Origin: Azolla caroliniana
Lineage: Eukaryota; Plantae; Polypodiophyta
Length of the DNA: 64,000 nucleotides
NCBI GenBank assembly: GCA_043228905.1
Contig: JBHGNT010000009.1
Location: 22,134,001-22,198,000 of the forward strand
Reading direction: 5' to 3'
In this document: piece by piece, positions 24,192 through 38,500 of the stretch
Numbering within the stretch: the first letter of the stretch is position 1
How the letters are laid out: each line of letters starts with the position of its first letter
Program-made: the position numbers and the translations under genes
Notes under the pieces: model-generated
Databases searched by the model: none
What the model saw: only the letters and a program-made list of their open reading frames with translations
What the model was told of the DNA's origin: nothing

Positions 24192-27100
24192 GGCACACAA
24201 TATGTAGTTGTATTATTCAAGTTTAAAGTTACAAATGAATGGCAATAATAACCAAGAGACAAAGTGAATACTACCATTATAGACCAGTATTTGACAAGTT
24301 TATTATAGGCAAATTCTAAGATAGGAAAGTATTGCTCCCAACTTTGAAGGGTTTTTGCTACATAAGCTCGAAGCATGTCCTCAATAGTTTGATTAACTAG
24401 TTCAGTTTGTCCATCAAACCAAGGATGATCAACAGAACTCATGCTCAATGTAGTTTCTAACTTCTTAAAGAGTTGAATCAGAGTTCAAAAGTCACTAGTA
24501 AACTTGGAATCTTGGTCATTAACAATATCCATTAGTAATCCATAAAAACGAAATAACTCATCAACAAATTGATAAGCCAATTGTTTGGTGGTTACCGTGG
24601 TTTTGGTAGGAATAAATCTTAGCCAGTTTTGTTAGTCAGTCAACGACAACGCAAATGGCATCATGACCCCTCTGTGTATGAGGTAAACTAACAATAAAAT
24701 CCATCAAGATACTTTACCATTTGTTGTTGGGAATATCTAAGGGTTGCAAAATACCAATAGGTTTAAGTCATTCCGACTTATTAATCTGACATTGTAAGCA
24801 TTGAGTCATGTATTTATGCACATCAGAGTACATCTTAGACCTGAAAAAAGTACTCGAGATGAGAATGAGTGTGCATTGTATTCCAGGATGACCAACAGAT
24901 GGTGCATCATGACATTCATGAAGAAGTTTCTGTTTCACATTTGGTAAATCAGGAACACATACCTTTTTCACTACGGTAGCGCAAACCGTTTGTAATGTGA
25001 AAGGTCGCCTTCGAGGATAGGGTGCGAGGAATGACATATAAACCAGATTCGACTTTCGTCCGGTATTTCAAGAAATAATTGTCATCAAGTTATTTCCTTC
25101 GAAGGTGATCTAAAAGATCAAATTTTATTTCCGTGAAGCTAGTAAGCATGTTTTCTTCTTTAATGCAACTAAGAGCATCAGATGCAACAGTGTTCATAAA
25201 ACCCTTGCGATATCATATGAAAAACTCAAAACCTTGCATAAGGTCAGTGGTCAACCCAACGGCCTTTACGACCAAGAAGATTTGGCTAGTCACAAAAATA
25301 CTTCAATGATTGATGGTCTGTTGTATTACCACAAATTGATTAGTGCCTCCATGGTTTAAGTGCATGTATTACAACAAACAACTCTTTCTCTTCAACCAAA
25401 TACTACGATTGAGTAGCATCAAGCTTCTTACTGTCAAATGCAATAGGTTGACCGCCTTGATAAAGTATGGCACCAATAACATAATCAGTAGCATCGGTTT
25501 CGATTGTGAAAGGCTTGGAAGGGTCAGTAATAGAAGAGTTGGAACTTGACACACATGCTTTTTGAGTGTCTCAAATGATGTGTCATGTTGTTCATTGCAT
25601 CAAATTGGTTTGACAGACTTACGTGGATGACCTTTTAAAAAGTCAATTAATGGTGTAGTCAATTTGGAATAGTTACGAATTGATTAATGTAAAAATCCAA
25701 GAAATCCTAAGAATGAGCGAAGTTCAAGAATATTACGGGGAATGAGCCAAATTTTAACCTTTTCAATACGAAACGGTTCAATTTCAACGCCATTTTCTAT
25801 AATTAAAAGACCTAGTTACACAATAGATTTTCTAAAAAATCACGTTTTGAATGTTTTGCATACAAAGAGTTGTCACGCAACTTTTGCAAAACAAATCGAA
25901 CATGTGAACATGATCTTGCAAGGTATGGCTATAAATGAGAATATCATCCAAGAAGACGACAACAACATCATCGAGTTGATCTCAGAAAACGTCATTCCTC
26001 ACTTGTTGGAATGTGGTTGGAGCATAAGTCAACCCGAAAAGCATGACTAAAAACTCATAATGGACATAGCGTGTACAAAAAGCGGTTTTAGGAATATCAT
26101 CTTCGACAATGCGAATCTGATGATAACCTGTTCGTAAGTTAATTTTAGTAAAATATCGGGCCCCATGTAAAGGATCAATCAAATCATCAACACGAGGTAA
26201 CGGATATGCATTTTTAATTGCAATTTTATTCAAACGGTGATAGTTAATACACATTCACCATGAACATTCCTTCTTCTTAACTAAAAGAACTAGCGCACCC
26301 CAAGGTGATTTACTATACCTAATGTGACCCATACTCAAGTATTCCTTATTAAGTTGTTTAGCGATCTCATCCTCTTCTAATCGACTAAGTCAATAAGGTG
26401 GAATGCTCACAAGAGCAGCACCAAGAATGAGTTCAATCTTATGGTCCACATTATGTTGTGGTGGTAAAGTAAGCGGCAATTCGTTAGGAAACACATCTTG
26501 AAAATCGTCTACAATAGAATTGATTAATTGTTGTTCATAATGTGGTAATTGTGTGTAGTCAAGGTTAAAATAATAAAATTGAAGTGTGGGATCAATTACA
26601 CACAAATAAATTGATGAACTAGAATACTCACTTAAAGATTTATAAGACACTAGTGAACGAGAAGGAAGTTTGGAACATTGAATAAAAGAGTGTTACTGGA
26701 TTGCTTACGTTCCCAATGAACTTGACATTTGGCGTTTTGGCAAACTTAGGTTTATTGTGGTCTTTCATGGAAGTCCTATGGGACCGAAGTACAATGTTGA
26801 ATGCTTCCTCAAGAGGGTACACAACACCATATGCAAAAGCGTCATGAGGTGAGCGTGTGCGATTAGTACAAACACGCTCAACCCAATGCACAATAAGAAT
26901 TAAAATCGTATCATGGTAGAAAGACGAAAGAAAAGAAAAGAAAACATAATACAAATTTCATAGACCAAGAAGAACGCATCATGGAAAAGAAGAGAGATAT
27001 TGAGAAAGAAGAATATTGGGTTAAGAATGTTGTTTTGATCGTGAGAAGAGAATGACGAGCCTTGTTAGATCACCATCGCTCACACGCAAAACATCAAAAC

Positions 27101-28139
27101 AACAAAAAAAAAAGTGTTAGTAAACGCTTTGATACCACTGTTAAGAGTCTATACTAATCAATAGACCAAAATAAAGTAAAATAAGGTAAACATATTTGAT
27201 AGAATAACCCGTTCCACCCAACCACCCCCAAGCTATGATCAAGACATAGCCAACCTACCACCAATGTCCCATACCGTCGGGGGACTGCCGGATATTAGGA
27301 TGCCTAATACCTTGGAAGAGATTAACATGATCGTTGTGACGAAAGCCTAGCCCGCACCACCAGTGTCTAAGACAACAACCTTGTGACATAATGTGCATAT
27401 GAGGGTAGCTAAGCCTCATATTTATACATCTTCCTAGGCCCCTTGAATAGATGTGCCTTTCTAAAAGACTCTCAATTCATGGGTTGTCCAAATCATGATA
27501 GTGCATGCACCTATCATTCCTTCTATCCAATCACATTAGTCCCTTTTGACATTAGTGAACATACCCTTCACTTATGTTAATATTAGTGGCATACCCTCAC
27601 CTACGTTATGTGTACATAACAAGTCTTGACAATATCTCAAGATGAGGAGAGTCTTGACAACATTTTGATGCATTAATATGAAGCATTGCCACTACTTTGC
27701 AAACACAAGTTAGGGTTTAATTGGTTCTTTATCTCATTTCATATAAATGATTTTAGTATATAGTTGCTAACATTTGATATTTGCATTGCTTTATAAACTA
27801 GAGGTACACGATTCTTATCTCGTCCTTTGAAAAATTACATTTTGCATGTAAACTATTGATTAATTTCAAAGTTTATTTGTTCCTCCTCTCCTTTGTAGTG
27901 GAAAGCTATCTTTGGTTTAGAGGCAATTCACATTTTGTGCTATAGGCAACATGACAACTTTTCTCCAAGATGTGCCCCACCCTTCCTTGATGGTTCAATG
28001 TACTCAATGTATCCATTAAAGGACTAATAAATGGCCGTGTTGTTGAATAAGGGCCATTTTGGTGCAAAGACCATAACTCTCAATGTTAGCCCAATGGGCC
28101 ATTTTGATGCAAGGGCCATTTTCAATCTTGGAGTCAACA

Positions 28140-28912
28140 AGGTATTACTCCAAAGTTTCTTGCTAAGTTTTGGGTTAACCTATGGGCAAGCAAACTATCA
28201 CAACAAATACTTCATGTATAGTGGTTACTTGTGCATCAAGCCTTATGCGTTGGCACATGGTTGAATAAGATGGGTGTTTCCTCTAGTTGTGCTCGTTGTC
28301 ATTTGCAAGCTGAAATTTAGAAACATTGTCTATGGGACTGCATTGAGTCTCAACTGGTAAGGTAACACCTCCTAAGAATATTTGCTAGTTTCTTTCCCCC
28401 ATTGATATTCACTTGGGGCATGGTGGTTTGGACATCGCTTGTTCACTCTATTTTTCATTAAGACGTTGAATCTATGGTCCATGGTTTTCACACTAACTCT
28501 GGAAGTGTTCGTGTACTTCCATTAGTGTCTATACAATTTTTAGGGAGAAGGAAGGTTGTGCAACCATTATGGTAGATATTGAGCAGTAGTACTATGTATT
28601 ACATCTAGAAGGCCCATTGCTCTCTCATTTTTCATCAAGTTAGAGCCTCAACAATTGAATTGGTAAATAATATTTGGTTGGAGATGGTTCATACTTAAAG
28701 GGACAATGGGATAGTATTATTGGAGATTCTAATGATAAAGTTTCTCAACATCATCAGTTTCTGTGGAAGCTACTCCACTTATGTCCTCGAAGAATGACAC
28801 TCCTTTTTGGCACTTTCAACCACCAAGATGGTTGTTCCCTCCGTCGAACACTTAGAATCAAAACTCTGTAAATTGTTTACAGTAATGAATGGATATCTTT
28901 TCAACAAAAAAA
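28140..28912 (+). mobile_element. 5'-truncated, decayed L1-type LINE 3' end
   Basis: Translation near 28260-28360 gives SSCARCHLQAEI*KHCLWDCIESQ, a zf-RVT-type C-x2-C...H-x4-C motif; ends in an A-run at ~28906-28912. Confidence 0.65.
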
Positions 28913-31263
28913 CTCCATAAGAGTTAAGCCACCATAACTCTCATATACATTTCCCTTTGAGATTTTCCTACAGAAAGCTTATCAAAGATAATATATTAGT
29001 AAAGTGGGGGATGTTTATACAATGATAAGCAACAAAAAAAAACTCCATATGGGGCATACATAAATGATAACCAACACTAGATACACTAGAGGTGGCTTGA
29101 CTTATATAGAACATTTTATGTGTACTTCAAAGTTCAAATAGTGGTTTTGAACCAAACTATCATGAGTGAGTGGGATGTTTGAAGTATTCACTTCACTCAA
29201 TACATATTACAAACAATTTTCCACCATTTATTACAAGGACAAAGTTTAACACATACTTGATCCAAGGAGTGTGTCCACACACAAAATGTATGGTAGATCT
29301 TGATCTGAATTGTTCTTAAACATCTAATGGTTTTCCATGCTTATGTTCCATACACGATTTCAACTATTATCATGAATGGTCAACTTCACGAAATACATTT
29401 CTTCCTTTAATAAGGTTAGGATCATTCTATCCACATAAAACCTTAACATGTGATGATGCATACTTGTTTCTTTATTTCACATGTTGCCAATCTTGAGCTT
29501 CGTAGAATCTAGAACACTTATATTAACGCACCCAATATTCAACTTGCATATACTTCATAATTCAACATCTTCCCATATCTTTGGGGACAATCGTTTGGCA
29601 CATGTAGGTGTACCTCTTGCCCCAAGTGCTGCAATTATGATTGTGTGTAATAGCTCACTAAATCAGGAGAATTTGGCAACAAGATTCATGTTCCATGAGT
29701 TGGGTACATTTTAATACTTTGTACGTCCATAAATGCAAAATATTAACACTTTATGATTCAAATGATGGTTGAAGATAAGGAAAATGGGACGTTATTGCTT
29801 ATCCACAAGGTTTGGTCCCATTTCATTCATTGCATTGTGTATGCAATAGGGCCATAGGCTCCAATTATATGTGGATGATAGACCACTTGCTCATTATTCC
29901 TTCAACTAAAGTGTAATAGACTATTCACAAACCGACAATAATCAATGTATTTGGTGCTTTAGAGATAACCCACAAATTGCTTGAGCAATTGCCATTCAAT
30001 GATCATGGATCTTATATGAAATCGAAGATACTTGATTGTTAACATCAATATGTATATATTCAATTATTTAATCAAGGGATATTTAAAATAATTCATGGAC
30101 ATTTCAAAAACAAAAACCTTATATTTTCAGATCTCTCAAGATACTACTTATTCCAAAATACACTACAACTCAACCTTCTGACGTATTTTGGAATCAACAT
30201 TGGTAGATGTTGGCTAGCAGATGCTCTTTGATTAACACCGAATTTCTCATGAAAATTAACATTGGTCCATGTTGGCTTACACATGCTCTTTGATGAACGC
30301 CAATCAATGTTTCTTTTTGGATGGTGGGATACTGATGGCTTGTTTTTTGGGACCAAATTATTCATAAAGTTTCAACCATTACAAAAGACACCGAGACACA
30401 ATATTAAAAAGGGTGGTTTTTGGAAATTACCACAATAAGGCTACCAAATAATATAGATGAAGGTTTCCACATTTACAAATGATGTCTCGATGAAATACGA
30501 CGAAGGGTATTGTGGTAGTTTTTGGAAACAAGCACAATAAGGTTACCACGATATCAACTAGATTTCAACAATTGTAGAGGATAATCCCAAATATCCAATA
30601 CCACTAAGGATATAGATATAGTTTTTTGAAACCACCACCACCACCATAAGATTACAAGAATGTCCACAATCCCCTACGCAACAACACTAGGGGTATGGAG
30701 GTAGTTTCTTGAAACTACCCCACCTTGACGATGCAAAGGTTTGCTCAAGGGGTTCATGCATGCAAACATTGGCGGCTTCCAATTTGGAAGCTACATTCAC
30801 ATACTCATGTTCGAGCATGCATTCCATCTTAAGCTTTGCACAAGGGCTTCACACGCACGAACCTAAGTGGCTTCCGGTTCTTAAAGGTATGTTTCTTTCT
30901 TCGGTTCGGGGGTATGCATTATGTCAATTATAATATGACTAGAATATCTATCAGATTTCAACAATTACAAAGGATGCCCTCCCTCCATGCTATGTATATT
31001 ATGCAATGATATATATGGTTGCAATGTTTGAAAGGTGAGAGGGGTATTTGGGTAAATTTGCAAAACCCATCTTAAGGTATTTGTTTAGGGTTATGAAATA
31101 AGTTGCAAAATTGTTGTAACCTCCTACAAGACAGAGAGAGAGAGACAGACAAAGAGATCATGCATTAGCAACTCCGATTATGCTCTTCTGAATCTCAGTT
31201 GTATTGAAATATATGGAATTGGGCTGCATTTTGCGTTGAATTTGATCGTTTGGTGCAGCCCTG

Positions 31264-34118
31264 ATGCTGGCAGCTCTGCATATGGGGCTGATAACAGGTG
31301 AAGATATACATCTCATGAGTCTAGAAGAAGAAGAAGAAGAAGCATCCAGGGTACCCTGTTGCTATCCTTTATTGCCTGAAGAAAAAACAAGAGGAAATCA
31401 TAGCAATAGCATTGGCAGCAGAGTAGGAGGAAGATACCCACGCTGGTCCCGCAACGAAACCTTAATCCTCATCGAAGCCAAGCGAATCGAAGAAGAAAAA
31501 TGGTTGAGGGCCAAAGAAGAAAGACAAAAGGGCATTGAAACAGCAATGCGAATGAATAGTGATTCGAAGTGGCTTTCAGTTTCAGACTATTGTGGACAGA
31601 TGGGTGCCGTCCGATCGGCTGCCCAATGCCGAAAAAGATGGTGTAATCTCTCAGCCGATTATAAGAGAATCCGTGATTGGCAATCATTAAGAGATAAGCA
31701 ATCGTTTTGGATCTTGAGTAATGATGTTAGGAAAGAGAATAAGCTTCCAGGGTGTTTTGATCATGAAGTTTTTTATTCTCTTGATAAGTCGCTTGGAATT
31801 GGTGTTAATATTGGTAATCATCGGTTTTTTCCGGGTCCAGAAATGATATTTGATAGTGGTCGGAATGTTGTTCAAGATGGAATCTTTTCAGACGATGATC
31901 GCACTACGTTAATTAATGTGAATGGCAACCTTTCCGGTAGTTGTAATATTAATGGCGAGAAAGATGCCAATGGTTCACCAGTTATTCAAAGCTTTGCTTC
32001 ATCCCAAGGTATCTGGCTTTATGCTTTGTTTTTCTAAGAAATTAAATATTTTAATGTGGAAGGCAATTTGAAAGCTTAGAATAACTATATATCTTTTAAA
32101 AAATAGTGTGGAAAGGAAGGAGGCAGGACATTTTGTTAGCATTATGGTGTAAGGTTTTGAGAAGCCTAGTTTGGAAAGCCATTTTTTCAAATTTAAATTT
32201 GATGGAGATACTTCATAAAAAAATAGTTTGAAGGGAAAGAAAGGACATTGAAAATCTATTTATTTGTTGTGCTCGGTCTATTTGTTAGGATTATACAGGT
32301 ATGGGTTTTATTAATGTGCATATGGATACACGATTGTTTCCCACAATTCTAGTTAGGCTCAGTCCAATCAGGAGCCAACATCTATTGCTAACACCAATCA
32401 ACAAATGTAGAATCTAAGCTGGTAGCAGGGGATCCTTGATTCCTAAGTTAGATTGTCAATAGTTGTTTTCTCTGTCGACTGACACAATGGATCGAACAAC
32501 TTAATCACCAAGTCGTCCTATCAAAGATTGTGGTAGGAGATGAATGTTTGTCAACTACGAGAATTGCTTACTCATAACATTACACAGATATTAATTACAT
32601 AGACTTCCTTAATACAAGTATGAAATACGAACTTGATCGACTGATAATGATAGATATAAACTGCGTAGCAGAGAAACAAAACATATGACACAGTATATAC
32701 TCTACCAAAATTATATTACTAATCAAAACAGACCGATATTAATACAATGCTCTCGATCCCTTTTTATAGGCGTCCTGAGAGACTCTTTCAAGATAGTACA
32801 CTTGCATGTTCAGCAAGAACCTACAATAACACTAACTGTCCTATTTTTAACTATTCTATTTTCTACTTGGCAAAAATATAATATCAACTGCTATCTTTTC
32901 ACATTCGTCCGACTCCGACTCCTCTCGTCGACCTTTACAGTTCAGCTAGCCGACCGGCTAACAATAGTTTATGCTAACAATTGTTTTGCACTATTCTATT
33001 AGGCTCTGTCCAATCAAAATACTTACCTTTCTTTTCAGAAGCAATGGTGGAATGTCTTTCGATGTGGTGTTGCAGACCTTCAATTGATGAATGTAGAAGC
33101 TAAGGTGGTAGCAGATGATCCTTGGTTCCTAAGCTAGATTGTCACTTAGAATTAGTGTGATTGCTTTTTGGATCGTATCATAACACCAATGAGAGTGAAC
33201 ATAGTCCTGATGAAGAGTTTAAATTATATGCATGTGCATGATTTCCTGGTTTATACAATTGAGTCAAACAGAATTCAAAGTAATTCAAAGTGCTTTCATG
33301 AATGTGAATATCCATATATAAAACTAGCAGATTACTGAGAGAATGGTATATTCCGACTTTCCATATGCCTAAATTCAAGTACTTGCATTTAGTGGCATAT
33401 TGTTTAGAGGAGTTTTTGAAAGTTTGACCAGACTCTAAAGATATGGATGCAATCAATTTGGAGTTAGAAGACGAGGATTTGATTTTGAACCTGGACTTTG
33501 ATACTTGTCCTTGAAGCATAAATGGCTTGACAAACCCCACGATTGGTATTTATAGTATGCATGCACAAGTGTATTTAAAATATTATCACATATTCTACTG
33601 ACTGTCTACATCTTCGAACACTAAGAAATTCTCAAAAAAAAGTAAATGTACTCAATTGTCTCAAAAGTAAAAGAACAGGGAGACAAGAACTCATCACACC
33701 CAAAGTTGTTATTTTATTAGCTTGTTTTAGGTCTCATTTCAGAATTTCAGATGTTCCGTCCTAGAATCAGGTTTTTCATTTTTTCAGTTTCTGCATTGCT
33801 TGTGCAGCTCATTTTGAGGACAAACTTTTTGGGGAAAGATTCCCAATGGAAGGATGCAAGGAATGTTTTGAAGAAGAAACTGACATATTGCCAGGTAGGA
33901 AGAAAAGAAAACGGCTACCTGATGAGGAAATTGATATATTCAGCAAAGAACTGTGTACATTGTTGGAAAGTAACAGCCAAATTCTCACCTCTCATATCAA
34001 TTCTCAGAACCTGAACTGTCATCTTGACAGAGCACAACACAAAGAACATACAGATAACCTCATGCATGTGCTCAGAAGGCTTGCACATGCATTTGGGAAG
34101 ATATCAGAGAAGTTATAA
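31264..34118 (+). CDS. Trihelix (SANT/Myb-like, ASR3-like) transcription factor; exons ~31264-32008 and ~33808-34118
   Basis: PRWSRNETLILIEAK...KWLSVSDYC...RSAAQCRKRWCNLSADYKRI; GT donor at 32009 and CAG acceptor at 33807 join in frame; C-terminal coiled-coil LESNSQIL...HINSQNLNCHLDR...LAHAFGKISEKL. An extra middle exon cannot be excluded. Confidence 0.88.
32464..32979. mobile_element. Probable solo LTR in the trihelix intron
   Basis: TGTT...AACA termini, near-TSD ATAGT/ATTGT; lies between two copies of a duplicated intron segment. Confidence 0.55.
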
Positions 34119-34253
34119 CTTTGTACAAATATGGCTGTCATCTTCACAGAGCACAACACAAAGAACATACAGGTAGCCTCGTGCATGTGCTCGGAAGGCT
34201 TGCACGTGCATTTGGGAAGATATCAGAGAAATTATAACTTTGTACAAATATGG
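34016..34253 (+). repeat. 119-bp tandem duplication of the trihelix C-terminal coding end
   Basis: 34016-34134 is closely repeated at 34135-34253, stop codon included. Confidence 0.92.
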
Positions 34254-35593
34254 GTTTCTTTCTTTTTAGGGCTAAGAAGAAATCAGTCAACGTGGAAGGA
34301 TACAATCTTAAAGGGTGCATAGAACCTTGATAAAAAAAGGCATACATGCCATATTGGGGAAGGCATTTGTTGTAGAAGCAAGTGTTCATATAAGCTCAAT
34401 GGAGAGTCCATAGTTCATTGCATTTTACTGTGGGATGTTATTTTGATACAATTGTTGGACAAACCCTCTTTCTTTTTACGTGAAGAATACATGGATCCAC
34501 AACTTTGAAAAAGAATGGATTGCAATGCTTGTAACTATGTTTATCATAGAAAACTTACCCTTTGTTTTATATGCATTTTGCAACAAAGATGAGCTCACAT
34601 ATTAAGTGCATTCTATCATTTTGTACTCTAGGTATGTATCAAACATGTGCATAGATTATAGATTTTTACGCAGATGCCTTTATGCCAGTTAATTTTGCAA
34701 ATCAAAGAAAATACATGTAGCAAGATATTGACTGCAAAGCAAAAGAACTTATAAACTTGGATTTGCCATGGCTAGGCAAGAACATATGCCCACAAAGACT
34801 ACCACCTGAATGACAGTCAGCCATGCTCATGCTAATAAATTGCATCTGATATCAGAAATGTGATTCACTTTTTGGCTTCAAGATGAACAATTGCTAGGTG
34901 CAAATCTTTGGTTTGTTCTAGAGATGAAGGCCACAGTCTACATCTGATTGCAGTGTCAAAAATGCACTCTCAAGGTTCAGCTGTTGAAAACTAAAACGAA
35001 GCTGAAAATGGATCATGCTAAAATCTAATCATCACAATATTTTGAGAACTTCCTAGATGCTTTAGAAGTATTTTGAAACACAACTTATCAATATAAAAAC
35101 TTTAGCAATAAACAGATAATATGTTTCGACAATGTGTATTATTAGGGGAAACAATCAAATGCATACACACAGATATAAAAGAAATTATTCGGCCCGCTTA
35201 GATTGTACACCAATTATGAAACAATGCTTCCACATCATCAATGAGTCTGGAACTTTATTTACACAGCCCATGAAGAGAGGATCTCAACAAGCATTCAACA
35301 TATGCATCCATAGAATAAATTTAATTCTTACCAGAGCTCACCCTAGGAAACTTTACAGTATTATCCAAAATACCATCCTTTGAACAATATGCTGAAAATG
35401 TTATAATCCACAGAATAACCTAGGTTTTGCTACCTTGTAGCTTGCTGAGCTTGCATGGCTTTCATTGGTGTTGCCCTATTAACCACTCACAAGCCAATAA
35501 GGGCATTATTTTCAATATAATTCCAGTGAGTTATATGCAGTACCTCAAGCGAACTTAGAAAAGCCCACGTGTATGTGACCTTCACAATGGGGT

Positions 35594-38500
35594 TCAGTAA
35601 ATCCGATTGCTGGAGTCAGGTCTTGGCCTTGGAAACAAAGCAGCATTGAAATTCTGCCTTTCAGCTTGGTAAGCATTTGGCATTCCAGTAGCAATAACTC
35701 TTTGATTTGCATGTGGAATCCAGCCCCACCACTGACTTGAAGAAGGATGAGAAGCATATATCCCATTAGGTACAACTGGATTTGACATTTGTGCTGAACC
35801 AACAATGGGACTGAAGGAATGAACCCGTTCGTTCGTCCAAGCTCCATTTGTGGAAGGAACTTGATGGCTTCTACGAGAAGCTATATTCATCTCATTCTGC
35901 CCTATCCACCCATTTCCAATGTAACTACTGTTTGGAGCTGTACTCATGGGATAAGCATTATGCACATGTATTGACAACTGGCCAAACATCAGACCTCCAT
36001 TACTCCGGTTTGATACTTGATTCACCCTGGTATTAGAAACAAAATGTTTCACATTGACAAATCTGTAAAACCTACAGATAAAACAGAACAGAGACCACAC
36101 CAATCTTTAACTAAAGGTCCAACCTCTAATCAACTAACTGTACATTCACGCATTGGAAATCCAGTCTCCTAACATGGACACTTCATATTAATCCAGACAC
36201 AAACAACAACTCTGGGTTGTTTATATAGGACTCCTTAACCTACCTATAACTAAGGCTCCATTCATATGCCAGATGTCCAATCCCTAACTACAGGATAATC
36301 ACACTAAGCCCTTGACTACAAAAAGTCTGTAAAACCTTGACATGCCATCAACCTGCACAAAAATTATGACAGGGACCACATCAAATCTTTCACTAACGGT
36401 TCAATCTCTAATTAACGATGTATTCACACATTGGACATCCAATCTCTTGGGCCTTTTATATTAAGACACACACAAATGATCACTCGGAGTTAATTTTATA
36501 GGACTCCTTAATCTCCTTATAATTAAGGCTCCGTTCATATGGTGGATGTCCAATCCCTTATTATGGAAGTATGATACTAAGGCCCACATGATAAGCACAT
36601 TCGGGAGTATATGGACATAAAAATCCTAATTCACTAGCACATGAACTCTTTGAAGGATATTATTTCTTGAATGTAAACACTTACCCAGCGTGAAGAGATT
36701 GTGGATTCGGCACTAAGAATCCAAGACTATGTTGTAGGTTGCTATTGGACCGTGAAAAACTATTAGTACTAATACTCCGTGAAATTCCTTCATGTGGCAT
36801 TGGCATACTACTAGAAGTTGCTGAAGTTTGACTTGACCCAAAATTTCTCTGTGAGGTTGAATGATAAACCCCAGCTCGACGTCTTGAAAATCTACTTGAA
36901 TGATGATGGCCAACATGTGAACCCTCTACTTGAGGTGATGGCACCCCTATAGACAGACCTTGAGCAGCAAGATAAGGGCAGATTGGTGCTCCTACAGCTG
37001 ATATTCGTGATCCCACTCTCATGTTCACCATTGGCTCAATATCTGTTGTCATGATCAAAAGAAAGAGAATAAGATTAGGGATTTGCATACACAAGAAAAA
37101 AAGATAGAGAAGACGGAGAATATTGATCTAGGGTCATACAGTATACTTACAGCTATGACTAGGATTGTCGGATCCTCTGCAGATAAATTTAGAGGAAAAT
37201 GGATTGATCATTATTCCATTTTTTTTAATTTCCCATGGGAAAAGAAACTAAATAGAATACTGGAAATGGATGCTTACTCGAAGATAAATGAAAAGTAAGA
37301 TCCTTGATGAGGACACCATGGTGTATGTGAAAATTGCTGTAAGAAAATCCAAAGAATATGAGACTTACATTTTCATTGGGGTACAAAGGAAAAAACTCTT
37401 TTAGATGAGTTTATTTTAAAAATTAATTAAAGAAGAGATATTTAGGAAAGAATCCATACACATTTTTAAATGAGCATTAAACATCAAAAGTTTCAGATTC
37501 AAGTGTGTCTCATCTCAGATTCAGATTCAAGAGAAAACAAATGCAGAAATTGAAATGTAAAATCAACTTTACTTTAGCTTTAATCCTACCAGGTTAGTAG
37601 CTCCGATATACGTCGCATCCTCATCAATGGTGAGATCCTCAACAAAATCCTCAGGTAAAAAGCAGCCACTTGCATATAGCCACTGTCCTTGCTCCACATG
37701 CCGACAGTTTGGGCATTGCATCCTGCCTTTTGCATTGAATGCAGATCCAATGCAGTCTGAAGTTGAACACAAATATGTTAACCATGAAACAAGAAATATT
37801 ACAGCACTAAAACATTGAAATCAAAATGTTTGCACAAATCAAGAAAATGGCCAACCTCATTGATTAGAGAGGAAACTAATCAAGCATTTTCACACATAAA
37901 ATACAGACATCACAATTACAGACTGCTGCTTGGACAAAAACCAGAATTTAACTCAAGAAAAACATGGGACAAAACCCTCCATATATATGTATGTATGCAT
38001 AAGGAAAAACTCCAAAATTATCCCTGAGTCGTTCTGTATTTCCCCAAAGGCCCACGAGATCCCTTTATCCATATAGGGACTAACTAAACATCTCAAAACA
38101 AGGTTAATCAACCATGTAAAAAATTTCGTTCCTCTTCTTCTTCTCTTGTCTCCTACTCTTCTTTTCCTTCTTCTCTTTCATCTTTCTTCATTATATTCTT
38201 CACCTTCTATTTTTACTAACCTTGCTGAAAATCTTCAATAACAAGGAGTAGACTTTGCACTAGTTGGTAAAACTTCACCCTGTATTCCCATAGAGCATTC
38301 ACCAGGGTTTATCAGATTTCCTCACCATGCTACTGAATTCGCGTGCAGTGTTCCATTTAATATCTGAATAGGGGATCTATGGGCAATCCCAGTCAACTCT
38401 TACTCCAACTATCAGCAAGAACAAATCAATTTATAACATGAATTTATATGCCAACAATCAACAGAAAGTCTAAGCTGGCACTACAGTAATCATGAGTGTA

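Larger units (their letters stand above)
11316..24296 (-). mobile_element. Decayed Ty1/copia element inserted in the chromovirus integrase; 5' LTR split by later insertions
   Basis: 3' LTR 11316-11650 (TGTTGGGAAC...TTCGACA) followed by PPT complement CTCCCCC; 5' LTR 16285-~16385 plus ~24133-24296; Met-like PBS TGGTTCCAGAGC just inside 16285. Copia order gag (UBN2-like, zinc knuckle), PR, INT (DVCGPM, FWAEA), RT (FKARLV, LRKSLYGLKQA), RH (SKHIDVQYHFV), with many stops/frameshifts. TSD imperfect. Confidence 0.9.
7535..27621 (-). mobile_element. Decayed Ty3/gypsy chromovirus, outer host of a nested cluster
   Basis: LTRs TGTTAAGAG...ACATAACA at 7535-7980 and 27139-27621; 5-bp TSD AGTCT (7530-7534 / 27622-27626); Met-type PBS TGGTATCAAAGC (27126-27137, minus); PPT next to 7981. 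Broken RT ([22 protein letters not shown]), INT (ECHDAPSVGHPG, DGQTE, ILEFAYN), GPF motif and chromodomain (KWMDKPIDDATWE, 7988-8179). Little room for gag/PR, so probably deleted. Confidence 0.92.

Noticed and set aside
30380-30980. Degenerate repeats (ttttggaaa..accacaataag) upstream of the trihelix gene
   Set aside because: Too diverged to define a unit or assign a function
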